Shown here one piece after another: positions 1 to 20,374 of a stretch of DNA of 64,000 nucleotides. A program made the translations under genes and the position numbers. Position 1 is the first letter of the stretch. Each line of letters begins with the position of its first letter. Origin of the DNA: Amoebidium appalachense (taxonomy: Eukaryota > Protista > Ichthyosporea); NCBI GenBank assembly GCA_963693365.1, contig CAVNZM010000004.1:11994468-12058467 (forward strand), in the 5' to 3' direction. Below the pieces are notes generated by a model. It ran no database searches and was not told where the DNA came from. It saw nothing but the letters and a program-made list of their open reading frames with translations.

Positions 1-296
1 GATTTGGGAGTGTTACAAAGTATGAGGCCTAATAACTGGGCACACACGATGAAAACAAAAGTGTGTTATCGGATTGGGTAAAAGGGGAAAGAACCGTATA
101 TGGGATGTGCATGCATGCATGTGTGCGCGTACACATGTGTGTTGTGTTTGGATGTTTGTGTGTTGTCTCCGCATATATGCATATGTGCGCATACTGCATG
201 CATGCACGCATATGAGCGCGTGTGTGCAAACATGCATGTGTGCGGATAGTTGTGCATGTCTGTGTGTGTGGTGCGCGCAGCTATGCACGTGCACAC

Positions 297-370
297 ATAT
301 TTCCATGCATGCAGGTGTATGCTATGGATACAAATATTTCCATGCATGCAGGTGTATGCTATGGATACAA
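297..370. repeat. 37-bp perfect tandem duplication in an intron
   Basis: ATATTTCCATGCATGCAGGTGTATGCTATGGATACAA occurs twice in tandem (297-333, 334-370). Confidence 0.9.
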
Positions 371-414
371 CTATGCACACATGCATGCATGCAAGCATCT
401 GCGCAAGGACACAC

Positions 415-776
415 CTCAAGGTCCCTGCATGCCTGAGCCTGCACCTCCATGGCCCTGATGGTGTCCTCCAACTCTGCCTGCTGCATGTCCACCAGCTCAC
501 GTGTCTCCTTGAGCTCCTCACACAGGCTGGCCTTGTCCTCAATGAGGGCACGCAGTTTGCCCTGAAGCTGCTCTCGCTCGGCTTTGTTCCGATCCTATGT
601 GTGTGCGTGTGTGCGCGTGCGCGGTTATGGAAAGAGGGGGAGAGGGGGGGGGGAGGGAAGAGAAAAAGGGTAAGAGGTGTATGTGATCATCAAAACAGGG
701 TGGGTGTAAGGAATAGTTTTTGGGAGTTGAAGGGTTGGGCAGGCGGAGGAGTGAGGGGGTAGGTTTTTTTTTTTTT

Positions 777-822
<46 letters not shown>

Positions 823-2680
823 ACCCGTCAGCGTGCCTCCCACAGCACCAACGATAGACCTTGATCTAGCCCTACACCTTAAAGCAAGGTCCGTATCTAC
901 CATTTTAGCGTCTGGGCGGCGAGCCACTCTGGTGACGTCATTCTAGGCCTCTTTTTCACGCAGCCAATTAGGTGCCCAGAAAATCGTGGGGTGAGGGCAG
1001 GCTTTGTCCGATGTCGACATAAGTCAGCCTAGGTATTTGACACAAATTGATAATATCTACGGATTGGCCAGAGCCATGTGAGAAATGTGGCTCTCGGCTG
1101 ACTGCTGCCCAGACGCTAAAATGGTAGATACGGAGGTTGGTTTAACCTAGTCCTATGCTTCCCGTGATACCCGCCTCCCCCCTCCCCCTCTCCCCACCAC
1201 ACACCCACACCCCCACACACACAAACACCCACACACAAAACCTCCCACCACTGCCACCCACCCACCCTCTTTCCCGCTACACTCCCCACACCGGCCATGC
1301 ATACAAAATGACGTCTTTTTTTGCCGTTGACATACTGCTGCCAAACATGTTCATCTGCCAGTCGGATTGCTATGGGAGCCAGTTAGAAAATGTCTGCTGC
1401 GCAGAAATCATGAATGGCTTATCATCGATCGTTTTGCAGCGAGAGCCCATGGGGTGGTGGTGGTGGTGGCGCGGGGGGGGGGGGGGGGGGGGGGGGGCTC
1501 GGATAAAAGATGCAAAACACAGTGTCAAGCACAGGCAGTCAGACACAGTCACAGACACGGCCCAAGCACACACCTGCAGCTGCTGGTACTCGTAGGCCAG
1601 GGCCTTGAGGTCTGCTGCCAGCCGGTCGGCCTTGGCCTCCACCTCCCTTTGCTGTGTCTGGCTGCTGGCAACCAGTGACAGTGCATCGGCAAGCTCACGC
1701 TGCATGCTGCCATACTGTGTGTGCGTGTGCGTGTGCGTGTGCGTGTGTGTGTGTTGGGGGGGGGGGGGGGGGGGGGGGGGGGATTGGAATTAGGCAGAAG
1801 GCTGTGATGGTGTGCGTACACTCGCACTATTTGATTGCTACTAATCACACCGTCTACCTGCAGCATGCTGTGTGTGGAAGCAAAGCAAAACAAGTACAAG
1901 CAGATCACTTCTGTGTTCGTGTGTGTCCATGTTTGTGTTTTTGTGATTAGCCGTGCGCATCGTTTGGCGCCACATCTCTGCTTACCAAACACACACAGAA
2001 TGAACGTTCACATCCGCAAGCGTAGTTGTGTGTGTGTGTAGCATGCCCTACACACACATGCACACATGCACGCACGCACGCACACGCACGCACACACACC
2101 ACAACTACCACCACCACGAACGAGCCCTGCAACCCGTGCATGCATGTGTGCATGTGTGTGTAGGGCATGCTACCTCCTCCGTGTACTGGTCAAAGTCCAG
2201 CAGGCGGTTCTTCAGTGCTCTGTTTTCTGACGTCAGCTCCTCGACCTTCTTCTGCATGGCTACATTCTCCTGCTCCTGAAACCCAAAAAATGTTACAACC
2301 CGAACTCTGGACGTACAGCTGCATAACTTTCCACACCAACAGACTTGGGAGAGGTGAGGAGGGGGGGATGGGGGGGGGGGGGTGTCAGACCTTCACCCCC
2401 CCCCCCCCCCCCCCCCCCAACAAAAAAAAAAAAAAAAGAATTAAAGAAAAAGATGAAAATAATGAAGGGGTCTCCAACATGCTCTAACTAAGCATACTAA
2501 CAGATGGCCGGTGCAGTTATCACTGTCAACAGATTGGTGGTGATGCAATGAGTGGAAGGGCCAGATTCTTTGCTAAGTCTTGATCGGTAGGGACGGTATT
2601 TCCTTCCCGAGGGGTTTTTCCTTTTTTTTCTTTTCTTCTTCTTCTTCTTCTCTTTCTTTTCTTTTCTTTTCTTTTCTTTT

Positions 2681-2711
<31 letters not shown>

Positions 2712-2950
2712 GGGGGGGGGGGGGGGGGGATCAGACTCTTCTATGCCCCACCCCCCCACCCCCCTCTCTTTTCCCGGTCAGCCGATACAAAACCAACATC
2801 CAGAACTTCAGGCGAAACCACCAGCATGTCCAGAAGCTTTGTTGATGAGACATATCAAGGAAAGCAGGGAAAGCCACCCTAGAGATAACTGGAGGGATTG
2901 GGGATAGTCTTGTGTCTTGTGTCTTTGGTGGTGGTGGTGGTGGTGGTGGT

Positions 2951-2995
<45 letters not shown>

Positions 2996-3932
2996 GGAGG
3001 GAGTACCAGCTCACGGGCAAAGTCCTCCAATTTCCGGCGGCTTTCCTGCGACACCAGTCGATTATTTGGAGCCCCTGAGAGACTAGAAACCGTAGAACTA
3101 ATCATCTCCCGATGGTTGGCACACGTGTGTGTGTGAATTAATGTACGTACGCGCGTGTGTGCGTAGGTGTGTGCGCGTGTGCGCACACATGTCCTTTTCT
3201 TTCTGTGTAATTGGAAAGTCGGATGGAATATAATGTGCCTACACATATGACCACGAAAAGGCCAACTGCCCACATATTATTTATGCGTGCGTGCATATGG
3301 GATTCTGCACAAAATGCACGGATAAGTTATATGGTCGGTACCCACCACCTCCTTGTCGTACTTGCGTTGCAGTTCTCGCTCGGTCTCAAACAGATTCTCG
3401 CCCCCATGTTCGGCAACGAAGTGGGATTCTGTGGCCTTCTCCTGTACAGAAGGAAACTAATCTTAGGGGTTAAAACAGAAAGGGTGGACAGCTAATTAAG
3501 GGTAAATGATACACAAAGAAAAGCTCAGCAGGTATGATTGGATTGTTTGCATGCAGTCACTGCGTATGCATATGCTCTTCATGGTGCGCAGGAGTTCAGT
3601 TGTAGTTCATGTGCATATATCTATGAGGTGGAAGAGGCTGTGCACGGCAGGGGGAGAGGGGTAAGTGTGTATATTTCGATAGGTTCTATGTGTGGGTGTC
3701 TGCAGGTTTTTCGCCCGTCTAAGGGAAGGGAGGAAGATACAACGATGACTGTGGGGGGAGTTGGACACCCCAGGGGGAGGGGGGGGGGGGGGGGGGAGGG
3801 GGGCGGAAGGGGGGAGAGAGGGAGAGGGCGGGGGGGGGGGGGGGGGGGGGAGGGGAGAGAGAGGAGAGAGGAGAGAGAGAGAGAGAGCTGAGAGAGTTAG
3901 AGAGAGAGAGACAGAGGGGGGGGGGGGGGGGG

Positions 3933-3977
<45 letters not shown>

Positions 3978-4680
3978 GAGGGAGGGAGGGAGGGAGGGAG
4001 AGATAGATCTACAACAGATGAGGTCAGTATAAGTAGAAAACACGAGCAATAGGTGTAATAGCAATCCTATTGCACAGTTTACCGTAGACAGGGGTACCGT
4101 CCAAAAACATTAAGAGGAACACAGCAACATCATCATAAATTGGTGGCATACCTCGTTGCTTTTCTTGGTGCCTTGTACTGGTTGATGGTTTCTTGCCCTA
4201 GCGCTGGGTCTTTTCAGTTGCCCCTGCCACCGATACATCTTTCTGTTACCACAGAACAGCCACATAAACAGAGGCCTGTTCGAAGCAAATGGGCCAAGTT
4301 TGAAGGATCTCCCTAAATAATCCAACTGGATACGTGTCAAGAAGCAAGAGAAAAACTTACCAAACGAGGCCGCTGGCTTACGAAGTTTGAAGTCATGCAG
4401 CTTTCTCCTGTGGCCTCGTCTGCATAGTGCTCTTCCTCCATCTGTAAGGGAGCATCAGTGATGGTAGTGGCAGAAGGGCGTAAAAGCAAGCATTCTGTAT
4501 TGGGAGTGTTTGACCAGCGACCTACAACAGATTTTGGCTGAAAATGCATTTGGCATAGAATTTATATAGCAGTTATAAGAATACGGACTTGTGAGATTTT
4601 GGATACGCACCGAGAAACGAGGGAAGGACGAATCAACGCTTGTCTCACCCATCTTCATGTGCAGGCCGCTGGCTGGAGTC
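415..4680 (-). CDS. Multi-exon gene for an unidentified coiled-coil protein; 3' part lies beyond the left edge
   Basis: AG/GT-bounded exons read by hand: 4611-4680 (..MKMGETSVDSSFPRFS, preceded by a GCTAAC branch point), 4361-4441 (MEEEHYADEATGESCMTSNFVSQRPRL), 3349-3441 (EKATESHFVAEHGGENLFETERELQRKYDKE), about 3007-3105 (..SQESRRKLEDFAREL), 2174-2275 (EQENVAMQKKVEELTSENRALKNRLLDFDQYTEE), 1574-1714 (YGSMQRELADALSLVASSQTQQREVEAKADRLAADLKALAYEYQQLQ), 415-594 (DRNKAEREQLQGKLRALIEDKASLCEELKETRELVDMQQAELEDTIRAMEVQAQACRDLE). Junctions are mostly phase 0 and the sequence is E/Q/K/L/A heptad-like. The true start and any extra exon (for example about 4152-4232) are uncertain. Confidence 0.8.
883..1141. 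mobile_element. 259-bp MITE with about 38-bp TIRs and TTAA target-site duplication (Kolobok- or piggyBac-type target)
   Basis: 891-917 CCGTATCTACCATTTTAGCGTCTGGGC is the exact reverse complement of 1107-1133. The match extends with a few mismatches out to TTAA at 879-882 and TTAA at 1142-1145. No coding capacity. Confidence 0.85.
2038..2173. repeat. 33-bp perfect inverted repeat whose arm starts at a 5' splice site
   Basis: 2038-2070 GTAGCATGCCCTACACACACATGCACACATGCA is the reverse complement of 2141-2173. Positions 2172-2173 are the GT donor of the 2174-2275 exon. Confidence 0.9.
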
Positions 4681-5578
4681 CTAATGAAAAAAAGTTAGCA
4701 AAAAGAAGTCCGCTGGGAAATTCAACCTAGAAGCTGTGTTATTCACTCCATGCTTATGTTGCCAGATGAATAAACGGTCAAGAAAGGTTTGTTTCAGTTA
4801 GAAAAGTCGTCATAGGGTGGACTGTGTGAGCAACCGGAAAAGCACCGATTCAAATGTGAGAGACGGCAAACGACAAAACTGGAAAAATGAAATGAAATGC
4901 ATACGACATTGAGGTTGAGGTCGCGATGAAGTGGTATTCTCTTTATACTTGCGCCCCCTCAACTCGAAAAGAGATGTGATGCGAGACTTGTCTTTGTAGT
5001 TTCGCCCAGAATTTGCTCAGTATGGAGCAACTCTTTTGAAGCAAAAAGCGTACAACTTGTTTGGTCTGGCACAAGCGTTAGAATAAGCTATACCTGCATA
5101 CGTTTGGTGTTTTACGTTTCTAAGCACGCTCCTGGATAGGCCGCAAATCTTCGCTGCACCAGCTCACCACACAGGAACACAGTGTGGAAGTTGACCCCAA
5201 AGAAAATTCTGCCGCCCTTTGGTTTCCTGTTTTTCTAGTCACATACTCCTACAAGCCACAACTAAATGCAAGAGCTAGTCACCAAGCTATATAATAAAAA
5301 GGCTCCCAATTATCTCTATGTATCCCGAATATCCAGTTACCTTTCGAGTAGCTCTTACTTTCAAGGAAAAACGACGAAAAATAGAGACCTCGTCACCATG
5401 TCGTACATTGCCTAGAAGGAACAGTCAGGACTTGCCACGCTAATATCAGTAGTTGAAGGAAATAAGGACACACGCTATGGGGGAAAGTGCAGTGAACCAC
5501 CACATCGTACGTGTATGTTCTGTGAGACTGCACTCTGTGTTGATGCCCACAACGGCCCATCACGTCAGTGACGGCACA

Positions 5579-5608
5579 TTTGAAATTTTGAATTTGGCGC
5601 CGTCCAAT
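5579..5608. promoter_or_regulatory. Candidate CHR + E2F + CCAAT motif cluster upstream of the coiled-coil gene
   Basis: TTTGAA (5579-5584, 5587-5592), TTTGGCGC (5593-5600) and CCAAT (5604-5608) lie within 30 bp. These are motif matches only. Confidence 0.3.
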
Positions 5609-5668
5609 GACAACACCAAAGCCTCAATCTGATTAGTTCTAATCATCCCAATAGCCATATATAGAACC

Positions 5669-5864
5669 GGGGGTTTACGCTGTTTACTCGAGGCAAAGAG
5701 AACCAGTCTCAGGTATGGGGGGGGGGGGTTTGCTCGGAATATCCCCTCAGCGGTATATCATGATCACGTACATAGATGTCGGGTGGTGACTATATATCAG
5801 GGTTTACTTTCTCTACGAGACACCATAAAGACTACAAGGAGAAATCAATTAGTTGGGGTTCCCC

Positions 5865-5925
<61 letters not shown>

Positions 5926-5957
5926 GGGCTCCCCTCGGGACACTCGGTATCAGCTGG

Positions 5958-6010
<53 letters not shown>

Positions 6011-9000
6011 GTGTGTGTGTGTGCGCGTGCGCTATAATTTTGTAGTGATGTGTTTCTCAAGCCAATCAATACATCTAATAAACAGGTCGTAGTTACGCGT
6101 GTTTAGTATAAAATCAAGGATGTTGTAATTTACAGGTAGGCTATCTTTCTGGGTGTCTGTTGTGAATGTGACGTGTGTGTGTTGCGGTATTATGTGGTCT
6201 ATCAAACTACATTTGGCGATACATGACCGGTTAAACTGGTGTGTGTGTGTGTTGTTTGGGCATGCAAATGATGCCACCTTATACTTATTAGATCTCCACT
6301 GTATAGCACGTGTACAGTAAAAGCGTGGTAATTGATCAATAATACCATCAGCTAGAGAAAGACCAGTTCTACAGGAAGGTAATATGTATTTAGGTGTTAT
6401 ACACTTGCGAGTGCCATATTTGGCAATATGGTTGAGGCGGTCAGTATATATAAAACGAGACATAAGGCTTAGTTTTTCAAGGTGTATGCTTTCATCGGGT
6501 CTAGTGTCGTGTGGTATCTTTTTCCATTTGTTATATTGCGTGATTATCTTGTGATTGTGTACATGTTTAATAAGTAAGTGGCAGTCCAAAGTCACACACA
6601 CACTATTGCGGGGTTTATTTGTATTTGTGCCCAGGGGAGAAGGGGAGAGAGAGGGGAGGAAAGAGGGGAGAGGTGAGGAGGGGACAGGTCGGATAGAGAA
6701 GAGAGGGTGGGAGGGCAAATACTTCTTTAAGCGGCTTATGTGCTTATTGAATTTCAGCGCGAGATAGGATACTCTAGCAGCTATTGGGACCAGACCATAT
6801 ATCGAGAGCGTTACAGGCCCAGGTTTACAACAGTTGTTAGATAGAAAGGAGGCAACTTCTGCTTCAAGGAAATTTGCCAAGGGTTTAAGCGCTCTAGTTC
6901 TCTCTTTCTTGATCCAAGCGGCGAGAAGGGGTAAACCATATTCACATGCCGGGAAGACAAAAGTGCGAATAAATGTAAGTCTAATAGAAGGATGGAGGGG
7001 TGTGTCTTTAAAAATATTAGCCGAGAAGAAAGCTAACCGCTTACGAGCCAACTCTACCCTCTTTTCGACCATATGGGGAAACATAACACCAACAGAATCA
7101 ACCGGAACACCAAGATATTTGTATTCTGGAACTATAGGTACAGGTTTAGATGATAATGTAAATGTGTGTAAATTGTTAGCTATATCAGGTACAAGAACAC
7201 CACATTTGTCTATGTTAAGGATCATAAGGTTTGCCTTGCACCACTCTGACACTACATCGAACAATCTTTGCAGGCGTCTAGGGGTACGGGCAAGGAGGGA
7301 CAGATCATCAGCATAGAGAAGTGCAGGCGGAAAGTTATTAATAGGGTCATCGTTTTCGGCGTAAATCTTGACAGCCAAATCATCTATAAATAGGTTAAAC
7401 AAAAAGGGGCTAAGCAATGAACCCTGCAAGAGACCTCTAGTACGAGCAAAACCATATGAAAGATGCCCATTAACCACAGCTCTACCATAGGTTTGAGACA
7501 AGAGTGCTTCTAACAGAACACCAATGCAGTGTGGTACACCCCGTGCAGCAAGCTTTTCCCATAGGAGACCAGGGGAGACAGAATCGTAAGCAGTTTTCCA
7601 ATCAATAAAGCCAACATATTGTGCACCAACTTGCATAGAATCGTGCAGTGCCATTATTTGAACATAACATGAATTGTTTTTACGAAAAGCGGATTGGCAT
7701 GGGTGTATGTGAAGAATAGATTGAAACCTAGGGTGATGTGCAAATAACCTAAGTAAGCAAGCTTCAAAGAATCTACGAACAACCTGGGTTAGTGTAATGG
7801 GGCGAAAGGATGATATGGGGCCCTCAGAGTCCTTCTTAACTATGGGGATCACTAAGGTATCTAACCAAGATGACGGGACATGTCCACATTTAACACACCA
7901 AGAAAAGAGAGAGCTTAACATGATAGTAAGATCAGGTTTAATAGCACGATCACTTTCCTTTTGTGGGTAGGAGGGAACAAGGATTTTAAGAAACCCAGCA
8001 GGGAGTCCATCAGGTCCACAAGACTTACTAGAGCTATAACTAGATATCACAGACCATATGGCATCGGGACTGAAAAAGGGGAGGATCGATTCTATGGGGA
8101 TAGATGGGTCTACAGGCCACACAATAGGTTTCTGAGCGGGGGTCCTATCTTTAAACAGTTCCGAGAAATACTTATCAGAGTCTATGAGGGGGTCTCCAGT
8201 GGTATCACCAATAATACGAGCAGGGGGGCCAAATCGATTCATACTAGCAAGCCGGCGCAAGCTTTCCTTTTGAGACAGGGGTTCACCTAGTCTAGCGGGA
8301 GTGGTGTTTGGTAACAAGAGAGCATCGGGATATTCCTTCCTACCACCGCCAGCATAATCACCGAGATCTATCAAATCATCAACAATAAAGTTAGTGCATG
8401 TATCTAGTACGAGATGTGAATCTGGCCTGGCTTGTGCAGATTCTAATAGGCGCATATATATAGGGTGTTTCGTAGCATAGCATACACATACATCAACTCT
8501 ACCCCACTGTGACTTAAGCTGGGATAGACGGAGGCGAAAGGTGGGAGGGGGAGGGGGGAGCAGATCAAGGGAGATCTTAGGTAGGAAAAGGATAGGAGAG
8601 TGGTCAGATGACCTAGAGAGGTTAGGAGGGAGAGAGAGTTTTGACATGGTTGATGGCCAAAAGGCCACTCCCCAGTCGGTGTTGTGGGCATGGGATATTT
8701 GAGGGAACCGCAAAGTGTGACTTTGGACATACCTTGCTAAAGGGATAGCACGCTCCGGGGGCTTAGATGGGTACCCGACACTCACTTGCAGTGTGTCTGT
8801 GTGGTGGAGTCGCGTGTTAAAATCACCTAAAATAACAGTGGACATTGGTAACTGTGACAACTCGTGAGTCAATTCGACAACCGACATAGATGGTGGGTAA
8901 TATACAAAAGTAAAAACATTAGAAAGAAACTCTATAGAAACCGAGAATTCCGTTTTTGCTACCGGTTTGCACTTCACTCTCACGTGTGGTGCGGCAAGTA

Positions 9001-9222
9001 CAATAATGCCTCGGTTTTTCGCGTAACCGGGGTGTGTGGATGTGTCGACCAATGTAGAGTTGAATTTGTGGTGGTTTTTAAACTGTGTTTCGCAAATCAC
9101 TGTAAACGTGTGGTTGTTTGTCTGTTGTTGTATGTAGCTGATTTTATCGTCGAGTGTCCCGGGGGGGAGGCCCTTTTGGGGGCCCAGTGTCCGAGCATTC
9201 CAGAAGAAGAAGGATAAATTGG
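5669..9222 (-). mobile_element. Non-LTR retrotransposon (LINE family A), near-complete copy A1
   Basis: 10-bp TSD ATATAGAACC at 5659-5668 and 9223-9232. Uninterrupted APE-RT ORF. The 3' UTR is (CA)n, a hairpin, an internal poly(A) (T-run 5866-5921) and about 200 bp ending GTAAACCCCC, all shared with copy A2. Confidence 0.93.
6032..9220 (-). CDS. LINE A ORF: APE endonuclease + reverse transcriptase + C-terminal Cys/His motif
   Basis: APE motifs WNARTL, ICETQ, YYPP, ILGDFN and SDHSP. RT motifs GPDGLP, FRPITL, DWKTAYDSV, GLLQGSLLSPFLFN, YADD and YKYLGV. C-terminal QWRSN..CPNN..FNRSCIAKC. About 1060 codons without a stop. The first 50 aa of the listed 1112-aa ORF lie outside the TSD, and no ATG precedes the APE domain. 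Confidence 0.93.
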   Translation of the reverse strand, partial: NLSFFFWNARTLGPQKGLPPGTLDDKISYIQQQTNNHTFTVICETQFKNHHKFNSTLVDTSTHPGYAKNRGIIVLAAPHVRVKCKPVAKTEFSVSIEFLSNVFTFVYYPPSMSVVELTHELSQLPMSTVILGDFNTRLHHTDTLQVSVGYPSKPPERAIPLARYVQSHTLRFPQISHAHNTDWGVAFWPSTMSKLSLPPNLSRSSDHSPILFLPKISLDLLPPPPPTFRLRLSQLKSQWGRVDVCVCYATKHPIYMRLLESAQARPDSHLVLDTCTNFIVDDLIDLGDYAGGGRKEYPDALLLPNTTPARLGEPLSQKESLRRLASMNRFGPPARIIGDTTGDPLIDSDKYFSELFKDRTPAQKPIVWPVDPSIPIESILPFFSPDAIWSVISSYSSSKSCGPDGLPAGFLKILVPSYPQKESDRAIKPDLTIMLSSLFSWCVKCGHVPSSWLDTLVIPIVKKDSEGPISSFRPITLTQVVRRFFEACLLRLFAHHPRFQSILHIHPCQSAFRKNNSCYVQIMALHDSMQVGAQYVGFIDWKTAYDSVSPGLLWEKLAARGVPHCIGVLLEALLSQTYGRAVVNGHLSYGFARTRGLLQGSLLSPFLFNLFIDDLAVKIYAENDDPINNFPPALLYADDLSLLARTPRRLQRLFDVVSEWCKANLMILNIDKCGVLVPDIANNLHTFTLSSKPVPIVPEYKYLGVPVDSVGVMFPHMVEKRVELARKRLAFFSANIFKDTPLHPSIRLTFIRTFVFPACEYGLPLLAAWIKKERTRALKPLANFLEAEVASFLSNNCCKPGPVTLSIYGLVPIAARVSYLALKFNKHISRLKKYLPSHPLFSIRPVPSSPLPSFLPSLSPSPLGTNTNKPRNSVCVTLDCHLLIKHVHNHKIITQYNKWKKIPHDTRPDESIHLEKLSLMSRFIYTDRLNHIAKYGTRKCITPKYILPSCRTGLSLADGIIDQLPRFYCTRAIQWRSNKYKVASFACPNNTHTHQFNRSCIAKCSLIDHIIPQHTHVTFTTDTQKDSLPVNYNILDFILNTRNYDLFIRCIDWLEKHITTKL

Positions 9223-9263
9223 ATATAGAACCTGAGGAATGCTTCACATCTGAACTGTTCGCA

Positions 9264-9410
9264 ATTTTTTCTTCATTGAAGTGCTCGTCAAAGTGGAGGC
9301 AATGGAATCTCAGCGAAAGAGAAACACAAGCATACTTTTTTTTCAATGACTTTATTGTTGTGCTCGTCAAAGTAGAGGCAATGGAGATGTCACAGATATC
9401 TCAGCGAATT
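9264..9410 (-). mobile_element. Two head-to-tail copies of a short A-tailed retroposon (family D)
   Basis: On the minus strand TTCGCTGAGAT..TCCATTGCCTC(T/C)ACTTTGACGAGCAC..CAAT(A/G)AAG..AAAAAA occurs twice (about 9334-9410 and 9264-9328) and matches 17120-17208. Confidence 0.7.
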
Positions 9411-9979
9411 TCGGAATCGCTGGCCTTGTGCTAATGGCACAATTCTAGAACCTTACCGGCTCTCCTCCGAAACTTCACCTAGGGATGAGCTCTCAAACAG
9501 AAAAAGTTCTGCAACCGTGGTTAACAAATGTTTCAAGAGCTAATGCCGTTCGGTTTATTATCCCATGGCCACCCTGAGATTGGAAAGCAGTAACTACTTG
9601 AACATCACATCCCATATTTATCTTATCATTATCAACCACTTCATGCTAGCCATTAGCTAATATGTTAGCAACCAGTCCTAAGATAATGAAACTATGTACA
9701 TAAATTACACCTGCTCACTACCATACACCATTCTACCTGGCATTTAATTCGCCACTACACAGCAATCTCCATCATGGATATACGTTTACCTTATCATTAT
9801 AATTTTACATACACCACCTGTATATTAGCCATGGTGAGCTTTAACAGGTGATATATGCCCATGTACTAATACTAAGAAATTCGTGCGAGAAGCAAAGACA
9901 TCTATATATATATATGCAGCTATGTATCAATGGTTACGCAACATGGTCCGATGAACATGTGAACCCTGGGAATTAAGCA

Positions 9980-18771
<8,792 letters not shown>

Positions 18772-18988
18772 GCTGCTGTTGGCCGTCCGGGGGGCGTATA
18801 GGGTTTTCTTTTGGGGGGCAGGTGGGCACGTGGGTAGGTGGTGGGGGTGGTTCAAACGTATAGAAAGATGTAAACAAACTGCACGTGTAAGAACAAGCCA
18901 CCTGGCTGTTACTCTGCACATGCATGTACGCCCTGCCTCCCTAAGGTAATGGTGACGTCTGGAGTGTTGTAAAGAACCCGAAGGGAAC

Positions 18989-20222
18989 AGTGGTGCAAGG
19001 CAAACCTTATGATCCTTAACATAGACAAATGTGGTGTTCTTGTACCTGATATAGCTAACAATTTACACACATTTACATTATCATCTAAACCTGTACCTAT
19101 AGTTCCAGAATACAAATATCTTGGTGTTCCGGTTGATTCTGTTGGTGTTATGTTTCCCCATATGGTCGAAAAGAGGGTAGAGTTGGCTCGTAAGCGGTTA
19201 GCTTTCTTCTCGGCTAATATTTTTAAAGACACACCCCTCCATCCTTCTATTAGACTTACATTTATTCGCACTTTTGTCTTCCCGGCATGTGAATATGGTT
19301 TACCCCTTCTCGCCGCTTGGATCAAGAAAGAGAGAACTAGAGCGCTTAAACCCTTGGCAAATTTCCTTGAAGCAGAAGTTGCCTCCTTTCTATCTAACAA
19401 CTGTTGTAAACCTGGGCCTGTAACGCTCTCGATATATGGTCTGGTCCCAATAGCTGCTAGAGTATCCTATCTCGCGCTGAAATTCAATAAGCACATAAGC
19501 CGCTTAAAGAAGTATTTGCCCTCCCACCCTCTCTTCTCTATCCGACCTGTCCCCTCCTCACCTCTCCCCTCTTTCCTCCCCTCTCTCTCCCCTTCTCCCC
19601 TGGGCACAAATACAAATAAACCCCGCAATAGTGTGTGTGTGACTTTGGACTGCCACTTACTTATTAAACATGTACACAATCACAAGATAATCACGCAATA
19701 TAACAAATGGAAAAAGATACCACACGACACTAGACCCGATGAAAGCATACACCTTGAAAAACTAAGCCTTATGTCTCGTTTTATATATACTGACCGCCTC
19801 AACCATATTGCCAAATATGGCACTCGCAAGTGTATAACACCTAAATACATATTACCTTCCTGTAGAACTGGTCTTTCTCTAGCTGATGGTATTATTGATC
19901 AATTACCACGCTTTTACTGTACACGTGCTATACAGTGGAGATCTAATAAGTATAAGGTGGCATCATTTGCATGCCCAAACAACACACACACACACCAGTT
20001 TAACCGGTCATGTATCGCCAAATGTAGTTTGATAGACCACATAATACCGCAACACACACACGTCACATTCACAACAGACACCCAGAAAGATAGCCTACCT
20101 GTAAATTACAACATCCTTGATTTTATACTAAACACGCGTAACTACGACCTGTTTATTAGATGTATTGATTGGCTTGAGAAACACATCACTACAAAATTAT
20201 AGCGCACGCGCACACACACACA

Positions 20223-20293
<71 letters not shown>

Positions 20294-20325
20294 CCAGCTG
20301 ATACCGAGTGTCCCGAGGGGAGCCC

Positions 20326-20374
<49 letters not shown>

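Noticed and set aside
5669-5678. GGGGTTTAC as a telomeric repeat or DNA-transposon TIR
   Set aside because: It is never tandemly repeated and occurs only at the 3' end of each element, not at both ends.
9223-9452. Alternative LINE A1 boundary at 9445 (7-bp TAGAACC repeat), which would make the D repeats part of its 5' UTR or a template-jump chimera
   Set aside because: A longer 10-bp TSD at 9223-9232 fits better, and D occurs independently with its own TSD at 17120.
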